Origin: Amoeboradix gromovi X-113
Lineage: Eukaryota > Fungi > Sanchytriomycota
Direction of reading: 5' to 3'
Length of the DNA stretch: 32,000 nt
Assembly: GCA_018985225.1 (NCBI GenBank)
Contig: JADGIF010000021.1
Coordinates: forward strand, 1 to 32,000
In this document: piece by piece, positions 1 through 11,100 of the stretch
Position numbering within the stretch: the first letter of the stretch is position 1
Layout: every line of letters starts with the position of its first letter
Notes under the pieces: model-generated
Database searches by the model: none
Told to the model about the DNA's origin: nothing
The model's input: the letters and a program-made list of their open reading frames with translations, nothing else
Program-made: the position numbers and the translations under genes

Positions 1-412
1 GGAATCTTTGATGATCAGCTATACTAGCTTTGTAATAGGACTCTGCGATCCAAAGACTTGCAAAAATTAAATATCAAGTGGCTTGATGAACACTTTGGAC
101 TTGTTTGATCCAGAGGCGCGATTAACTTTTATTCATTGGGATGACTTTCAACTGATTCACATCTGTCCGTCATATTTTAAAACGATTTTGCACTCTGATT
201 CGTTTTCACAGAATGGTCTAACGACACAAGACATACCGAATGTTTCAGTTAATTCGGTGGCACCAGCACCAACTGCACCCATATTAAGTGGTGAAAAGCC
301 AACTGAGAGAAAAATGACAAAGTTACGGAAATCGTTTTATTTCTCAAAACCTTGATATCTCTACAATCAAAAGCAACATTTACTACAGAATGACTTTCAA
401 CAGATATGGTCA

Positions 413-793
413 TTACCGCCTATGAGATAATTGCATAAAGCTACCAATTGTATGGGGCACATCTCTGTTCAGATAGATGTACTCTATGCTGCTTAGATCT
501 GGTACTGGTCCTGACAGATTGTTGTTGCTGACATCTAGACTGACAAGTCCTGATGGAATGCTGCTTGGCAATGATCCGGACAGCTTGTTCTTGTTCAATA
601 GTAGCGATAGCAAACCAGTAGGTAGTACAGTTGGAATTGAGCCATTTATCGTGTTGTCTGACAGATCTAAATGTTCCAGGCTCAAAGGAAGATCTGAGGG
701 GATTACACCAATGAGCTTGTTGGAGTGCAGGGTCAAGTTTACGAGTGAGCTTGGCATACCCTGTGGCACTGGTCCATTGGTATGTTCAACCAT
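413..793 (-). pseudogene. Leucine-rich-repeat protein fragment (plant-type LxxLxLxxNxLxGxIP repeats); short gene or relic
   Basis: About four 22-aa repeats: SLVNLTLHSNKLIGVIPSDLPL / SLEHLDLSDNTINGSIPTVLPT / GLLSLLLNKNKLSGSLPSSIPS / GLVSLDVSNNNLSGPVP. First ATG is at 793. No signal peptide, N-cap or TM segment is visible, so it looks truncated. Confidence 0.65.
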
Positions 794-890
794 TTTGTGG
801 CAAGCAAAATACAAGCACTGGAAACAATGACGATACAATTGGTTTGCGATCAATTTATTTAGTATGAAATACGTACGACTTACCACAACC

Positions 891-2102
891 ATGTCAAATT
901 GGTTTAACTATCTTGCTCTTGAAATAATATCTTTGACTTGGGTTGCAGGATGGATTATCGCATCTTACATAAACAGAATGGATGCTGTGATTGCCAAGCG
1001 AGGTTTCTTGAACACTGTGATATTCTCAATCGTACTTTTAGTTTGCTGGTCAGAAAACTTGTTAGTCAATCAGTTCTATGATTTATGGTTAATTATACCA
1101 TGTCCTGTACATTTATATGCAAACTACATGTTTTTTGGGTTGTTCATGTTTATTTACAGTGTTCGAGGTGTATGTCTTTTGTATGAAAAGAACTCTGGAC
1201 TAATAAAAATCTTGAACGAGGACGAATTACATCTTTTTATTCAAAGTATGAATTTTTTTGAAAAATCACTTACAAGAATGAAAAGCTTAACTTGCAAACT
1301 AAGGCGCAGGGATAAAAATGCTACTCGTGAACAAGTAATTGAAGCCCATTTCAATCAAACCAGATTTTTTAAACCAAGGTTTTTACTCTATTGCTCGCTA
1401 TTATTTTTATCGTGCGGCGCAATAATTGGAGGAGTTGTTTTAGAATTTAACTCACAGACTGCTGCAAATCGGTGTACCTTCTCAATGTACATCTTCCTAT
1501 ACTCTGCAATTGGAGTTATGATGGCGTTGTCTTTTTTTGTAGCTTACTTGTTGAGGAAAGCATCTGACCCGTATTTTATGAAATATGAATTTAGCATATT
1601 TATGTGCTTTGTAATGCCGTTTTGCTACATTCTCGGTATTTCCTCACGGGCTGCGGGCGTTTCTCACTGGGAAGTGTTTATTGTTATTACCCTGGGGTTT
1701 TCACACTTCATAAGCGTAGTTATACCAAATGTTATTGGATTTCGGAACAGAAAATTGCGAATCCAGGTATTAAAGACTTCCCGGTCATCAGGATACATTG
1801 ATGAACTGGATATGTCGGAATTAAAAAAGAAAGCCGCGGAAAGATTTTGCGTGGAGCTAGTACTTTTCAAAGAGGACTACAATAAAATGAAACTGCTTAA
1901 GGATGAAGAGAAGGTTAATGATGCTTGTTGTAAGATGTATAAAAGCTATTTAACTGTCAACTCACCCTTGGAGATCAATATCAACTATGATTTGCTTGTC
2001 ATGGTCAGAAAAGGACACCAAGAGAAAAACTACGAGATTATGGACACAGTTATGGCGGAGGTCAATTATATTTTGTATTCCAATTTGGGAATACATCAAT
2101 AG
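891..2102 (+). CDS. 7TM-RGS protein (seven-transmembrane domain fused to a C-terminal RGS domain), copy 1
   Basis: Seven hydrophobic segments followed by RGS-like motifs (AERFCVELVLFKEDY; MYKSYLTVNSPLEININYDL). ATG 891 (MSNWFNYL) is preferred to 864 because it aligns with the paralog start (MSWINYL). Confidence 0.85.
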   Translation: MSNWFNYLALEIISLTWVAGWIIASYINRMDAVIAKRGFLNTVIFSIVLLVCWSENLLVNQFYDLWLIIPCPVHLYANYMFFGLFMFIYSVRGVCLLYEKNSGLIKILNEDELHLFIQSMNFFEKSLTRMKSLTCKLRRRDKNATREQVIEAHFNQTRFFKPRFLLYCSLLFLSCGAIIGGVVLEFNSQTAANRCTFSMYIFLYSAIGVMMALSFFVAYLLRKASDPYFMKYEFSIFMCFVMPFCYILGISSRAAGVSHWEVFIVITLGFSHFISVVIPNVIGFRNRKLRIQVLKTSRSSGYIDELDMSELKKKAAERFCVELVLFKEDYNKMKLLKDEEKVNDACCKMYKSYLTVNSPLEININYDLLVMVRKGHQEKNYEIMDTVMAEVNYILYSNLGIHQ

Positions 2103-2276
2103 AATCCATAAAAATTGCGAAAAGAGTAATAAATAAGCTAGACCGCTTTAATAGGCAAGATGTAGTGCATTTGTCATTTACTTGATATTAGGCTAGCTAG
2201 TGCCGAAAACCTCTTGTAAAGATAACCAGACATGTAGCGCATTTCACCAGAACTTGGTGGCTTTTTCAACAAAACC

Positions 2277-3515
2277 ATGAGCTGGATAAATTACCTCATA
2301 ATTGAAGTGTTTTCATCAATTTGGGTTCTAGGCTGGATTGTCGCGTCATATATAAATAGAATGGACGCTGTTATAGCGAAACGAGGATTCCTAAATACAA
2401 TGATATTCTCAATCGTACTTTTAGTGTGCTGGTCAGAAAACATTTTATTGGTAGCATACGTTGACAAGTGGTTTTCCGTACCATGTCCAGTACATTTATT
2501 TGTAAATTATATGTTTTTCGGCGTGTTCATGTTTGTCTGTAGTCTTCGCGGTATATGTCTTTTGTATGAAAAGAACTCCGGGCTCATCAAAGTCTTAAAC
2601 GAGGAAGAACTGGATGTTTTTATTCGAGGAATGAATTTTTTTGAAAAGGTTATCACCAGAATGAGAGTCTTGAACTTTAAACTAAAAATTAAAGATAAAA
2701 ATCTAGCCAGAGATCAAGTAATTGAGGCCCATTTCAACCAAACCAGATTTTTTAAACCCAGATTTCTTCTCTATTCCTCTTTCATATTCATTACAATTGG
2801 CGCTATAATTGCCAGTATAGAACTTGAAATAAACTCTGAAATAGTAAAGTCACAAAACTGCACATTTGGGATGTATTTACCGCTTTATGGTGCAATTGGT
2901 GCTATGCTAGGGATTTCGTTATTTGTAGGGTATCTTCTGAGGAGCAGTTATGATCCTTATTTTATGAAATACGAATTCACCTTTTTCATGTGTTTAATTA
3001 TGCCATGCTGTTATATAATAGGACTCTCCTCAAAAGCAGGAGGCTTTCGGTATTGGAATGCTTTTATTACTATTATGCTGGGGTTCTCACATGTCATCAG
3101 TGTGGTAATTCCAAATCTCGTTTGTATTAAAAACAGGAAGTTAAGATTTTTGCTTTATAGATCACAGTCTCTTTCCAGTTTGAAAGGATCCAAGACGGAC
3201 TTATCTAAAAGCGCAAAGGTAGATATTTCTGAACTGAAGAAAAGAGCGGCGCAACGCTTTTGCGTTGAATTGGTACTTTTTAAGGAGGACTACAATAACA
3301 TGAAACTTCTAAAAGATAAAGACCAAATTGAATTAGCTTGCACTAAGATATACGAAACTTACATAATGGCAAACTCGCCGCTTGAGATAAACATCACATA
3401 CGATTTAATTGTGAAAGTCAGAAAGGCTCATCACGATAAGAGCTACGAAATTTTTGACAAAGTGATTCGGGAAGTGGATTACATCTTGTACGCGAATTTA
3501 GGAATAAATCAATGA
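2277..3515 (+). CDS. 7TM-RGS protein, copy 2 (tandem paralog)
   Basis: Colinear with copy 1 (ASYINRMDAVIAKRGFLNT, EAHFNQTRFFKPRFLLY, DPYFMKYEF, RFCVELVLFKEDYN, NSPLEINI); intact 412-aa ORF. Confidence 0.88.
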   Translation: MSWINYLIIEVFSSIWVLGWIVASYINRMDAVIAKRGFLNTMIFSIVLLVCWSENILLVAYVDKWFSVPCPVHLFVNYMFFGVFMFVCSLRGICLLYEKNSGLIKVLNEEELDVFIRGMNFFEKVITRMRVLNFKLKIKDKNLARDQVIEAHFNQTRFFKPRFLLYSSFIFITIGAIIASIELEINSEIVKSQNCTFGMYLPLYGAIGAMLGISLFVGYLLRSSYDPYFMKYEFTFFMCLIMPCCYIIGLSSKAGGFRYWNAFITIMLGFSHVISVVIPNLVCIKNRKLRFLLYRSQSLSSLKGSKTDLSKSAKVDISELKKRAAQRFCVELVLFKEDYNNMKLLKDKDQIELACTKIYETYIMANSPLEINITYDLIVKVRKAHHDKSYEIFDKVIREVDYILYANLGINQ

Positions 3516-4438
3516 TTTTAATAGATTCAGAAAATATTTTAGTTTATTAGCCTGTAACACATTCTCTTCTTTCATAATGGAACCAACACAATTCTGGCAA
3601 GTGAGACATCAAGTAACAACGCTATGTTAAAAGCTCGAGTTTTACAGTTTTATTAATGCACTATATAACGTAATTGTGTGTTTTATAGCTATGAAGTCTG
3701 TTTATGCATGACTTCCTAACGACATTGCAAATAGTCATTTTGATACGTTTGTGCAAATTTGGAGCAACTGTAGTATTCAATCGAACAAACGATTTATCGC
3801 GACATAGTCCTATCATCAACTGAAATGGGTCCAGATATCGAGATCCTGAATTTAACCTGCAAAGAAAGCGCAAATAGATAACTGATGCATGCTTCAAACA
3901 AGAAAATGATTTACGCTTCCGCAGCAATCGGTCATTTGATAAGAAAAGCAAGGATCCACTTCATATTATCACTACACAAGCTGGATACTATAGTGATCGA
4001 TTTTAATTGAATAAATGATCTGAGTTAATCACACAACTTTTGCTTCTCTAATTGATCCAGTTTCTGTGGTGTAAAATTGCTGAATAACTCGTCACACTTT
4101 CCTTTCGATTGCAAAATATTTGGGAGTTTCTCAATGGAATTCTTCATTTTTCGGTAATCATGATCTAGGAGCAGTTCTAATTATTATTAAATGAAACGTA
4201 ATAGAATGTCAAGGTTGTCATATATGGGATCTCCTAAATTCATAGGCCGTCATGAATACACGTAAATGACATAAACCTACTGCAATACTCCAAAAAATTG
4301 GGAATATGTAAATGGTCCTTCAACATCACAATATTTCTCGCTTTTTGAAATTTCTATCTGACAAATCATGGGCTCTTTAATAAACGAGCTGATTGGTTGA
4401 ATTAGTCACAAAACATTGCAAAACATTTTAGGATTAGA

Positions 4439-5428
4439 ATGAGCAAGTACCAGAAAAACAAAAAATCGAGTTTATTTATTTACTTGTTTGGACTGTTATT
4501 TTTAGTTATACTTTTATTGATTAATTCACTTTATCTGTCCAAAAAAATCTCAAACTCACCAAGGTTAGCATTTGCTATTCTTGTTCACAACAAGGATACA
4601 GTTGAAGGTGCTATTGAGCTAATGGACGTATTGTATCCAAGTAAGCATTGCTTTATTATTCATTTTGACAAGAATACGCCTAAAGGGAGTGTCCAGGAAT
4701 TTTTAAAGCTCTATCCTTTTGCAATTGTCGCGCCACAGCACAATGTAGAATGGGGTAAATTTAGTATGATAGAAGCAGAGTTAGATTTGCTAAAAGAATC
4801 TTCGAAGTGTGTTTTTGACCACTTGCTATTCCTTGACGGCAAATCATTTCCGTTGAAGAGTTTAAAGGAAATAGAAAATCAATTTCTTAAAATTCCAAAA
4901 GAAAGCAGTATCGTGTTCAGCAATAAAGCTAGTTATGGTACCGATATACCCACATGCAGACGTAACTCACCAACGTTTCATGCATGCGCTAGAACTTCAA
5001 GTAGGTGTTTAAACGAAGACTGTACTAAATATAAAAATACTCCAAATAATGCCCCAATATATAAAGGACCACAGTGGACAGTGCTTTCATCCTCTTTTAT
5101 TAACCACTTGTTATCTCACGAAGCTTGGCTGTTAAGTTGGAAAAATTTCTTTGCTAGAACTGTTATGCCTGATGAGAGTTTTTTTCAGACTGTTCTAATG
5201 GACTCGCCGTTCAGCCCAAAAAAACAAATTCTGGAACAGGATTGGCTGCAAACTGTTTGGAAAGACTGTAGAACCTATTCTACACAAAGATCAAAAAGAG
5301 GGTTTTCTCCTTGTACTTTGGGATTGAATGATTATGGGCCGCATTTGAAAGATTCCAAATCCATTTTTATTCGTAAGATTAGCGCTGGTGATCCTTTAAA
5401 ATCTACTATTATGCATAACTTAAGTTGA
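4439..5428 (+). CDS. Glycosyltransferase family 14 (Core-2/I-branching enzyme or xylosyltransferase-like), type II membrane protein
   Basis: N-terminal TM anchor after a basic tail; GT14 motifs AFAILVH, IHFDK, WGKFSMIEAELDLL, GPQWTVLS, PDESFFQTVLMDSPF. Confidence 0.85.
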   Translation: MSKYQKNKKSSLFIYLFGLLFLVILLLINSLYLSKKISNSPRLAFAILVHNKDTVEGAIELMDVLYPSKHCFIIHFDKNTPKGSVQEFLKLYPFAIVAPQHNVEWGKFSMIEAELDLLKESSKCVFDHLLFLDGKSFPLKSLKEIENQFLKIPKESSIVFSNKASYGTDIPTCRRNSPTFHACARTSSRCLNEDCTKYKNTPNNAPIYKGPQWTVLSSSFINHLLSHEAWLLSWKNFFARTVMPDESFFQTVLMDSPFSPKKQILEQDWLQTVWKDCRTYSTQRSKRGFSPCTLGLNDYGPHLKDSKSIFIRKISAGDPLKSTIMHNLS

Positions 5429-5890
5429 GCGGATCTCCAATATTTTATCATCTATGATTAAAGATACCATTCTTTTACAAGATATTTTCTGTTTTCAACT
5501 CATCCAGATGCTATGCAGCTTCTTTCTGCCAACTGCTAAACTTACTATCTTATTTGAGCGCACTAAAATAGTGCTTCTGTAGTCCCCGTGACTGCTATTA
5601 CCATATTAAATCATTTTTGCCGAACAAAAATCTTCTATACATTAGATCCGCTCTTATCGAGCTTCTTGGCGTTAACTGTTGCCACAGAGCAAGTCTAATA
5701 GTCGGATGGACTTATATATTACAGTCCAGTGAAACTCTCTTGAGGTGTTGGCAATCTAATTATTCGTCATTACTTTTTGTCATCCGATTTACTACTAACC
5801 TACTCAGCATAGTGCTTTTACGACGTGTTCGCTAGGTGCACTTCTATATACGATTGCTTTATTTTCTACTTACTATTTTTAAAACATCAA

Positions 5891-6058
5891 ATGGCCAAGG
5901 GTAAGAACATCAGAGTTCGTAATAAACAATTTGAGCATCAATCCATGGAAGTATCTGAGGATCTAGAACCGAAAAAAAAGACTTCTTGGATGGTTTACTT
6001 GCTTGTTGGCATTACACTTGGAGGTCTGTTTCTAGAACTGTTGAAGTATTTTGTATAA
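5891..6058 (+). CDS. RAMP4/SERP1/Ysy6 family stress-associated ER tail-anchored protein (55 aa)
   Basis: MAKGKNIRVRNKQF resembles the RAMP4 IRxxN motif. C-terminal TM is WMVYLLVGITLGGLFLELLKYF. First ATG is at 5891. Confidence 0.7.
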   Translation: MAKGKNIRVRNKQFEHQSMEVSEDLEPKKKTSWMVYLLVGITLGGLFLELLKYFV

Positions 6059-6088
6059 TAAATGAAGAGGTTTTTATATTCGATTTAT

Positions 6089-8002
6089 TCAATCTTCTTG
6101 TTTTTGTTCTACTATAGTGTACTTATCTATAACATCTGACCAAGTCCACCCATACTGCTTAAATTCCTCATCTGCCATGTAGGCGAATCCATTTGTTAGT
6201 TTACTAATAACATCCAACGCATCATTTATTGGCAATCTAACTTGCTGCAAGCTATCCCTTTCTCTCAATGTGACAGTGTTTGTATTAAGTGTATCAAAAT
6301 CTACGGTAATGCAATATGGGCATCCTATCTCATCAATTCGTACATATCTTTTACCAATTGTTGTGCTGCTATAGTCTTCCTGTGTGTGTATCCCGAATGT
6401 CTTCAACTTCTTCGCCAATTTCTCTGCAATTGGTGATAGCTCCTGGTTATTAAATAGCGGCAATACTGCGCATTGGACTGGAGCCATATGTGGGGCCATC
6501 TTAAATACGCTTCTCTTAGCATCGTTCACCCTGCTGTAGTAGGTCTGTTCCATTAAACCATATAGAACCCGACCAAATCCAAAACTGGGCTCGATAATGT
6601 GTGGGATGATTTCTTCTACATGAACAACTTTTTTGACCATGTCAATTGATATCATCTTGGTGTCTAGTTCGTATTCTCCAATAACGCATTTGCTATTCTG
6701 ATCCAAGTCTAGTTTCATTTTCTTTAATTCAGATTGCTGAGCAGATTCCAGCAATACTTGGACATTCTTGGCATCCTTTTTAAATGATTTGCCGATAATA
6801 TTCATTTTTACTTCCACCTGCAGTTCTTCAGTTGTCTTTGGAGTCTCCAACTTCTTGCGATAAACCAATTTCTCCCCTGTAGCTTCTGAATGCCGCGTCA
6901 AGTCGAAACAGCCTCTATCAGCTAGCCCTATGGCTTCAACCCACCCGTGGCTGGTCAATACTTCAGTATCCCAGCAATCGTTTGCATAATGTGCCATTTC
7001 GTTGCTCATATGTTGTCTAAATCGGAAACCATTCAAAGGGTATCCAATAAATTGCAAAAACAAGTGTATTCTTCCTAAATAATACCCGACTATTTCAGAT
7101 TTAACGATTTTTGACTGAACAGCCTCCTGAATCGACATAGTCACCAAAGTGTCCAAACCTTGCTGCTGCGTATGTGCATTAAGCAGTCGGATTTCAAGAT
7201 GCTTGATAGTGGAAAACTTGGAATGAGACTTGTCTTCAGGGTCCACAAAATGCTCAATTTCACCCATTAGGAATTCACGTACACGAAGAATACCAGAACG
7301 AGGAGATATTTCATTTCTAAAAGATTTGCCAATAGAACAACTGACAGGCAGTTCTTTTAGTTCGCTTAGTTTATTGAAATGCATGAACTGGGATTGTGCA
7401 GTCTCAGGTCTCATAAAAGCATTCACCGGGGTGATAAGTTTTTCAGACTTTTGAACAATGTCTGTGTCTACACCAAGACAGGTGCCAAACATAAGATTGA
7501 AAGCAATACAATGACTAAGAGGTTTACCAAGAGGAGAAGTAATTTGGTGGTCTGTAATTATTTTATCAAAATCAGCATTGCTGAGGTTATCTAATTGGTT
7601 TAACAGCGTAGCGTACTTTGCATGATGTTCCTTGAACTGTTTACTTTCCAACCTTTCTTGAAATACTTGCTTAATCAAGTGGTCAACTCTAAATACATTT
7701 CCAGTTGATTTGGAATCATCCAACTCATAAATCATCCAGTCGCTAAATCGGTCTACATGACCACTAGTCTTAAGTACTGAATATGGAGTAATACTGACAG
7801 TGTCTAACTCAAACATATTTTCTTCCACAATAAAGAACTTGCGAAACCAATAAATCAAGTTATTCATCAGCGGTGCACCTGCTGGACCATAATCAAAAAG
7901 TCCTTTATATCCACCATATATACCGAATGATGGATACACAAACTTTCGGGCTAATAAAATATCAAATTCCGAGCGGTTAAGATTCTTCAGAGGGTTTTGC
8001 AT
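6089..8002 (-). CDS. GRS1: Glycine--tRNA ligase, eukaryotic alpha2 type
   Basis: Motifs IYGG..GLFDYGP, SGHVDRF, MRPETAQ, GKSFRNEISPRSGILRVREF, EMAHYANDCWD, IEPSFGFGR, and anticodon-domain IGKRY..DEIG.P...TVDF. Confidence 0.97.
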   Translation of the reverse strand: MQNPLKNLNRSEFDILLARKFVYPSFGIYGGYKGLFDYGPAGAPLMNNLIYWFRKFFIVEENMFELDTVSITPYSVLKTSGHVDRFSDWMIYELDDSKSTGNVFRVDHLIKQVFQERLESKQFKEHHAKYATLLNQLDNLSNADFDKIITDHQITSPLGKPLSHCIAFNLMFGTCLGVDTDIVQKSEKLITPVNAFMRPETAQSQFMHFNKLSELKELPVSCSIGKSFRNEISPRSGILRVREFLMGEIEHFVDPEDKSHSKFSTIKHLEIRLLNAHTQQQGLDTLVTMSIQEAVQSKIVKSEIVGYYLGRIHLFLQFIGYPLNGFRFRQHMSNEMAHYANDCWDTEVLTSHGWVEAIGLADRGCFDLTRHSEATGEKLVYRKKLETPKTTEELQVEVKMNIIGKSFKKDAKNVQVLLESAQQSELKKMKLDLDQNSKCVIGEYELDTKMISIDMVKKVVHVEEIIPHIIEPSFGFGRVLYGLMEQTYYSRVNDAKRSVFKMAPHMAPVQCAVLPLFNNQELSPIAEKLAKKLKTFGIHTQEDYSSTTIGKRYVRIDEIGCPYCITVDFDTLNTNTVTLRERDSLQQVRLPINDALDVISKLTNGFAYMADEEFKQYGWTWSDVIDKYTIVEQKQED

Positions 8003-8099
8003 GCGGATTCAAGGAGTTGCTCTGAAAATGATTTTTAATATTATTTTTCCATTTAAGTGAGCTGTCCGAATAGCAAAAATTGATGTAAAAGCTTCAATA

Positions 8100-8106
8100 A
8101 TTTACT
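8100..8106 (-). terminator. Candidate poly(A) signal AGTAAAT overlapping the SEC7 stop codon
   Basis: TGA GTAAAT; the same heptamer follows four other stops. Confidence 0.5.
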
Positions 8107-11100
8107 CAAAAGTATATCCTGTATCTGTTCAATACATCACACATTTTAAATCTCATCAGTTCGTCATTTTCCATCCTAGTCATCATGACCATGCTTGGGT
8201 ACATGTTCTTCCCTATTCTGTCAAATATATCATTCTCCATGTCCATCAAGTAGTCCATTACCATCTCTATCGCACCCTTGACGGCATTTTTGCTCTTCTT
8301 CTCTTCCCCATCGACCATATAGGTTTGCATCAACCTCATAATAACACCTATAAGCCTCTCTTCCATGTCTCTGTGCTTCACGATCAATTTCAATAGCAGT
8401 CTGATCAGGCTCATTATACTTGTTGTTTCCTGTTTGTGCAGATTAGGCCTTTGCTTCATAAACCCTGCCTTCCATAAATTAAATCGCAGTTCCTCATTTT
8501 CATTGAACTCATGAGCAAACTCCCAACTACTTTGCAGACAATCGCACATTTGTATTATACACTCCTTGTCCATTATGTTCGTAATATCCTCGAGCTTCAT
8601 CATATCGTCTACCAGATGTATCAGCAGTAACTGCAACACGCACTGACTGATAACTTGCTGGAATAATGTCAGGTCGGCTGAAGATGATGTTGGCGATGTT
8701 ACAGTTGCTGCATTTGAGACTGCAGCTGGAGCCGATGCATCTGGTGACGCATTCGGTGTTGCTGATTGTAAATGTGTAAAATGTGTAAACAGCTCATGTG
8801 CTGTCGTGTTTTTAAATAAATCCACCATTAAAGCACCTATTAATTCCCATTTTATATTCTTGTAATTGTTGGATATCAGGCTCATTAAACAGCTCGTTCC
8901 CAATCTGGCTATTACCTCGTTCTCGTGCAATATGCACTGTTTCAGCAGTGTCAGCATCATGTCCAATTCCTCTTCTAACTCATTGTAGTACTTGCTATAC
9001 AACTCAACATGACTTCGCAGAATTGTGGTAAACGTAGTTGATAGCCATATTACCCTGTTCTCATCATTATCGTTGCTTAGCTCGTCAAATAATGGCTGTA
9101 GTAGTCGTATCAGTGACTTGAGTCCACTTGTATTGTTTAAATAGTCATATAAAATAGATACACCGCGCTGTCGCACTTCTAAGTCGCATGATATAATTAT
9201 GGTACAGAGTGAGACTACTATAGATGACTTTTCTAAAATGCCCTGATCATCTGATTCTTCTGCGGGTATGCTGGCATTACTTTGTTGTACAGTCTTCTGC
9301 CGTGTAATCTGCCGAATCAGCTCAATTGCTTGAAGTGATATTTTGGGCAGCTCAGTGTGTTTGCAATAACATGCGATGGTTGTCAAGTAGTCTGAATATG
9401 CCCCATTTGATATTACAAGCTCTAAATAACCCATTATTCTCTTTACAGTCTCGAATCCTAATACAATGCATTCTATCGGCATATCCTGTTGTAGTATCAA
9501 CAGTATCATACCCCATCCACTTTTCAAATTGCTGTATTTTCCCTGTACAAACAAATCCATGCATTCTACAATAAACGATTTTAGTTCTGCATGCTTGCAT
9601 TGCTGTAAAATCAATAAAAATGGTTTCATAAACGTGGCCTGGAATTTAAATCCCTCAACCTCTACAAGGTCAAGAAATTTAAATGCCAACTGCCTTAATG
9701 AGTCTATGGCAAATTGGCAATGCTGTATGTTATCAAGCATTGTCATCTCTACAAAATAGTTGCCCAGGATACCCCATAACTGGGTCCATTCTACTTTGAT
9801 TCTGTTCATGTTATATATGCTAATCTCCACTAGCTTGCTACATGCGTACAGCAAATCATGCTTTAATTCATCTTTACTTATCACACACATTTGAGTTATA
9901 AATTCGACAATGTTGATTGCGTTTAGTTGACTTGTAGATTGCCACAATTTGTCAATTGCTACACTAATACTGTTTGTTGCATTGTTCACATTACCAATTC
10001 CATTACTGTTGTTATGTGTACTTATTATGGTAGTTAGTATTATATACCAATTGCCCTGCAAGTAATCACCCTCTCTGATTGCGATTGCTATAAATGCTTC
10101 AATTATCAGAGGATTTTTACTGCAGTATTTGCTCAAGGTTGTGACGAATGCATTTAGCTCCACTAGTAGCTGGTATTTACAAGCTATATGTATGGAATGC
10201 TGAATGCCTAGCAATGCATCATTCAACACAGATGTGTTATTGGAGTATTGCAAAGCATGACTGTAAGTATGCAAAAGAGAAGTCCAAACTAACAAAAACA
10301 TATCTCTAACATGATCTGGATGGCTAGCAGTAATATAAATTGAATTAGCAGGTAATACTAATGAGGTAGCGCTAGATGGGGTACTGGTGATTGATTTGGA
10401 TGGACTATGGACAGGGGTAGTAGCAGAAGCGCTGTTACCATTAGGAGTAGTATTGGCATTGTTTGCACCGGAAGGTGATGTAGAAGTGGCATACTTGACA
10501 TCCAATCTTTTAAATTCCTTTTCGATAGCACTTGTCTCATTTATAACTAGAGATTCCTGCTGTTTTTGACCTGGAACAAATCCTTGCACTTGAATTGGTT
10601 TGACTTTGTCATCTAACTTGATTTCATTATCTAATATGTCGTAATACATTTCAGTTAGTATTGTTGGATTGATATCATGGCCATCATCAATTCCCCTGTT
10701 ATTCTTAATAAAATCTTCCAGGCTCATCTTCTTTTTCACTTGAGGGTTGTGGAGATCTGTATTGAGTAGAATAATGGAATATGCTAGAATGTAGGCAGTG
10801 TCAGCATTCGCAAAGAGTTGATTAAATGTCGTAAAACGATCGGCAAACTTGAGCATTAATCTGTCAATCTTTTGCGCTTCACCAGGCAGCCTAAACTTGG
10901 ACAAAAGCAGCCTGAGAGCACTAAGAAACGATAAACCAGTAAAATCATAAAAATCGATGAATTGTCGCATTATTTCAGTGTTTTCTAATTCGCCCAAGTA
11001 ATCACCAAGAGCAGTTAAAGACAGCTGATGACCGTTATGAAATAAAACCTTTGCAATACTTGCCGGCGTATTGTCAGGAATACAATTGTTACTTACAAGG

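Noticed and set aside
83-355. 90-aa ORF at the window start
   Set aside because: No recognisable motif; an in-frame TAA at 68-70 blocks extension, and I found no consensus tiny intron linking it upstream.
2156-2246. Imperfect direct repeat ATGTAG(T/C)GCATTT between the 7TM-RGS paralogs
   Set aside because: Only two short copies with no array structure; not a CRISPR or a recognisable transposon end.
10370-10500. Ser/Thr/Pro/Asn-rich stretch in SEC7 (and a similar one near 8680-8770) as an insertion element or intron
   Set aside because: These are in-frame low-complexity linkers with no terminal repeats or consensus splice signals.
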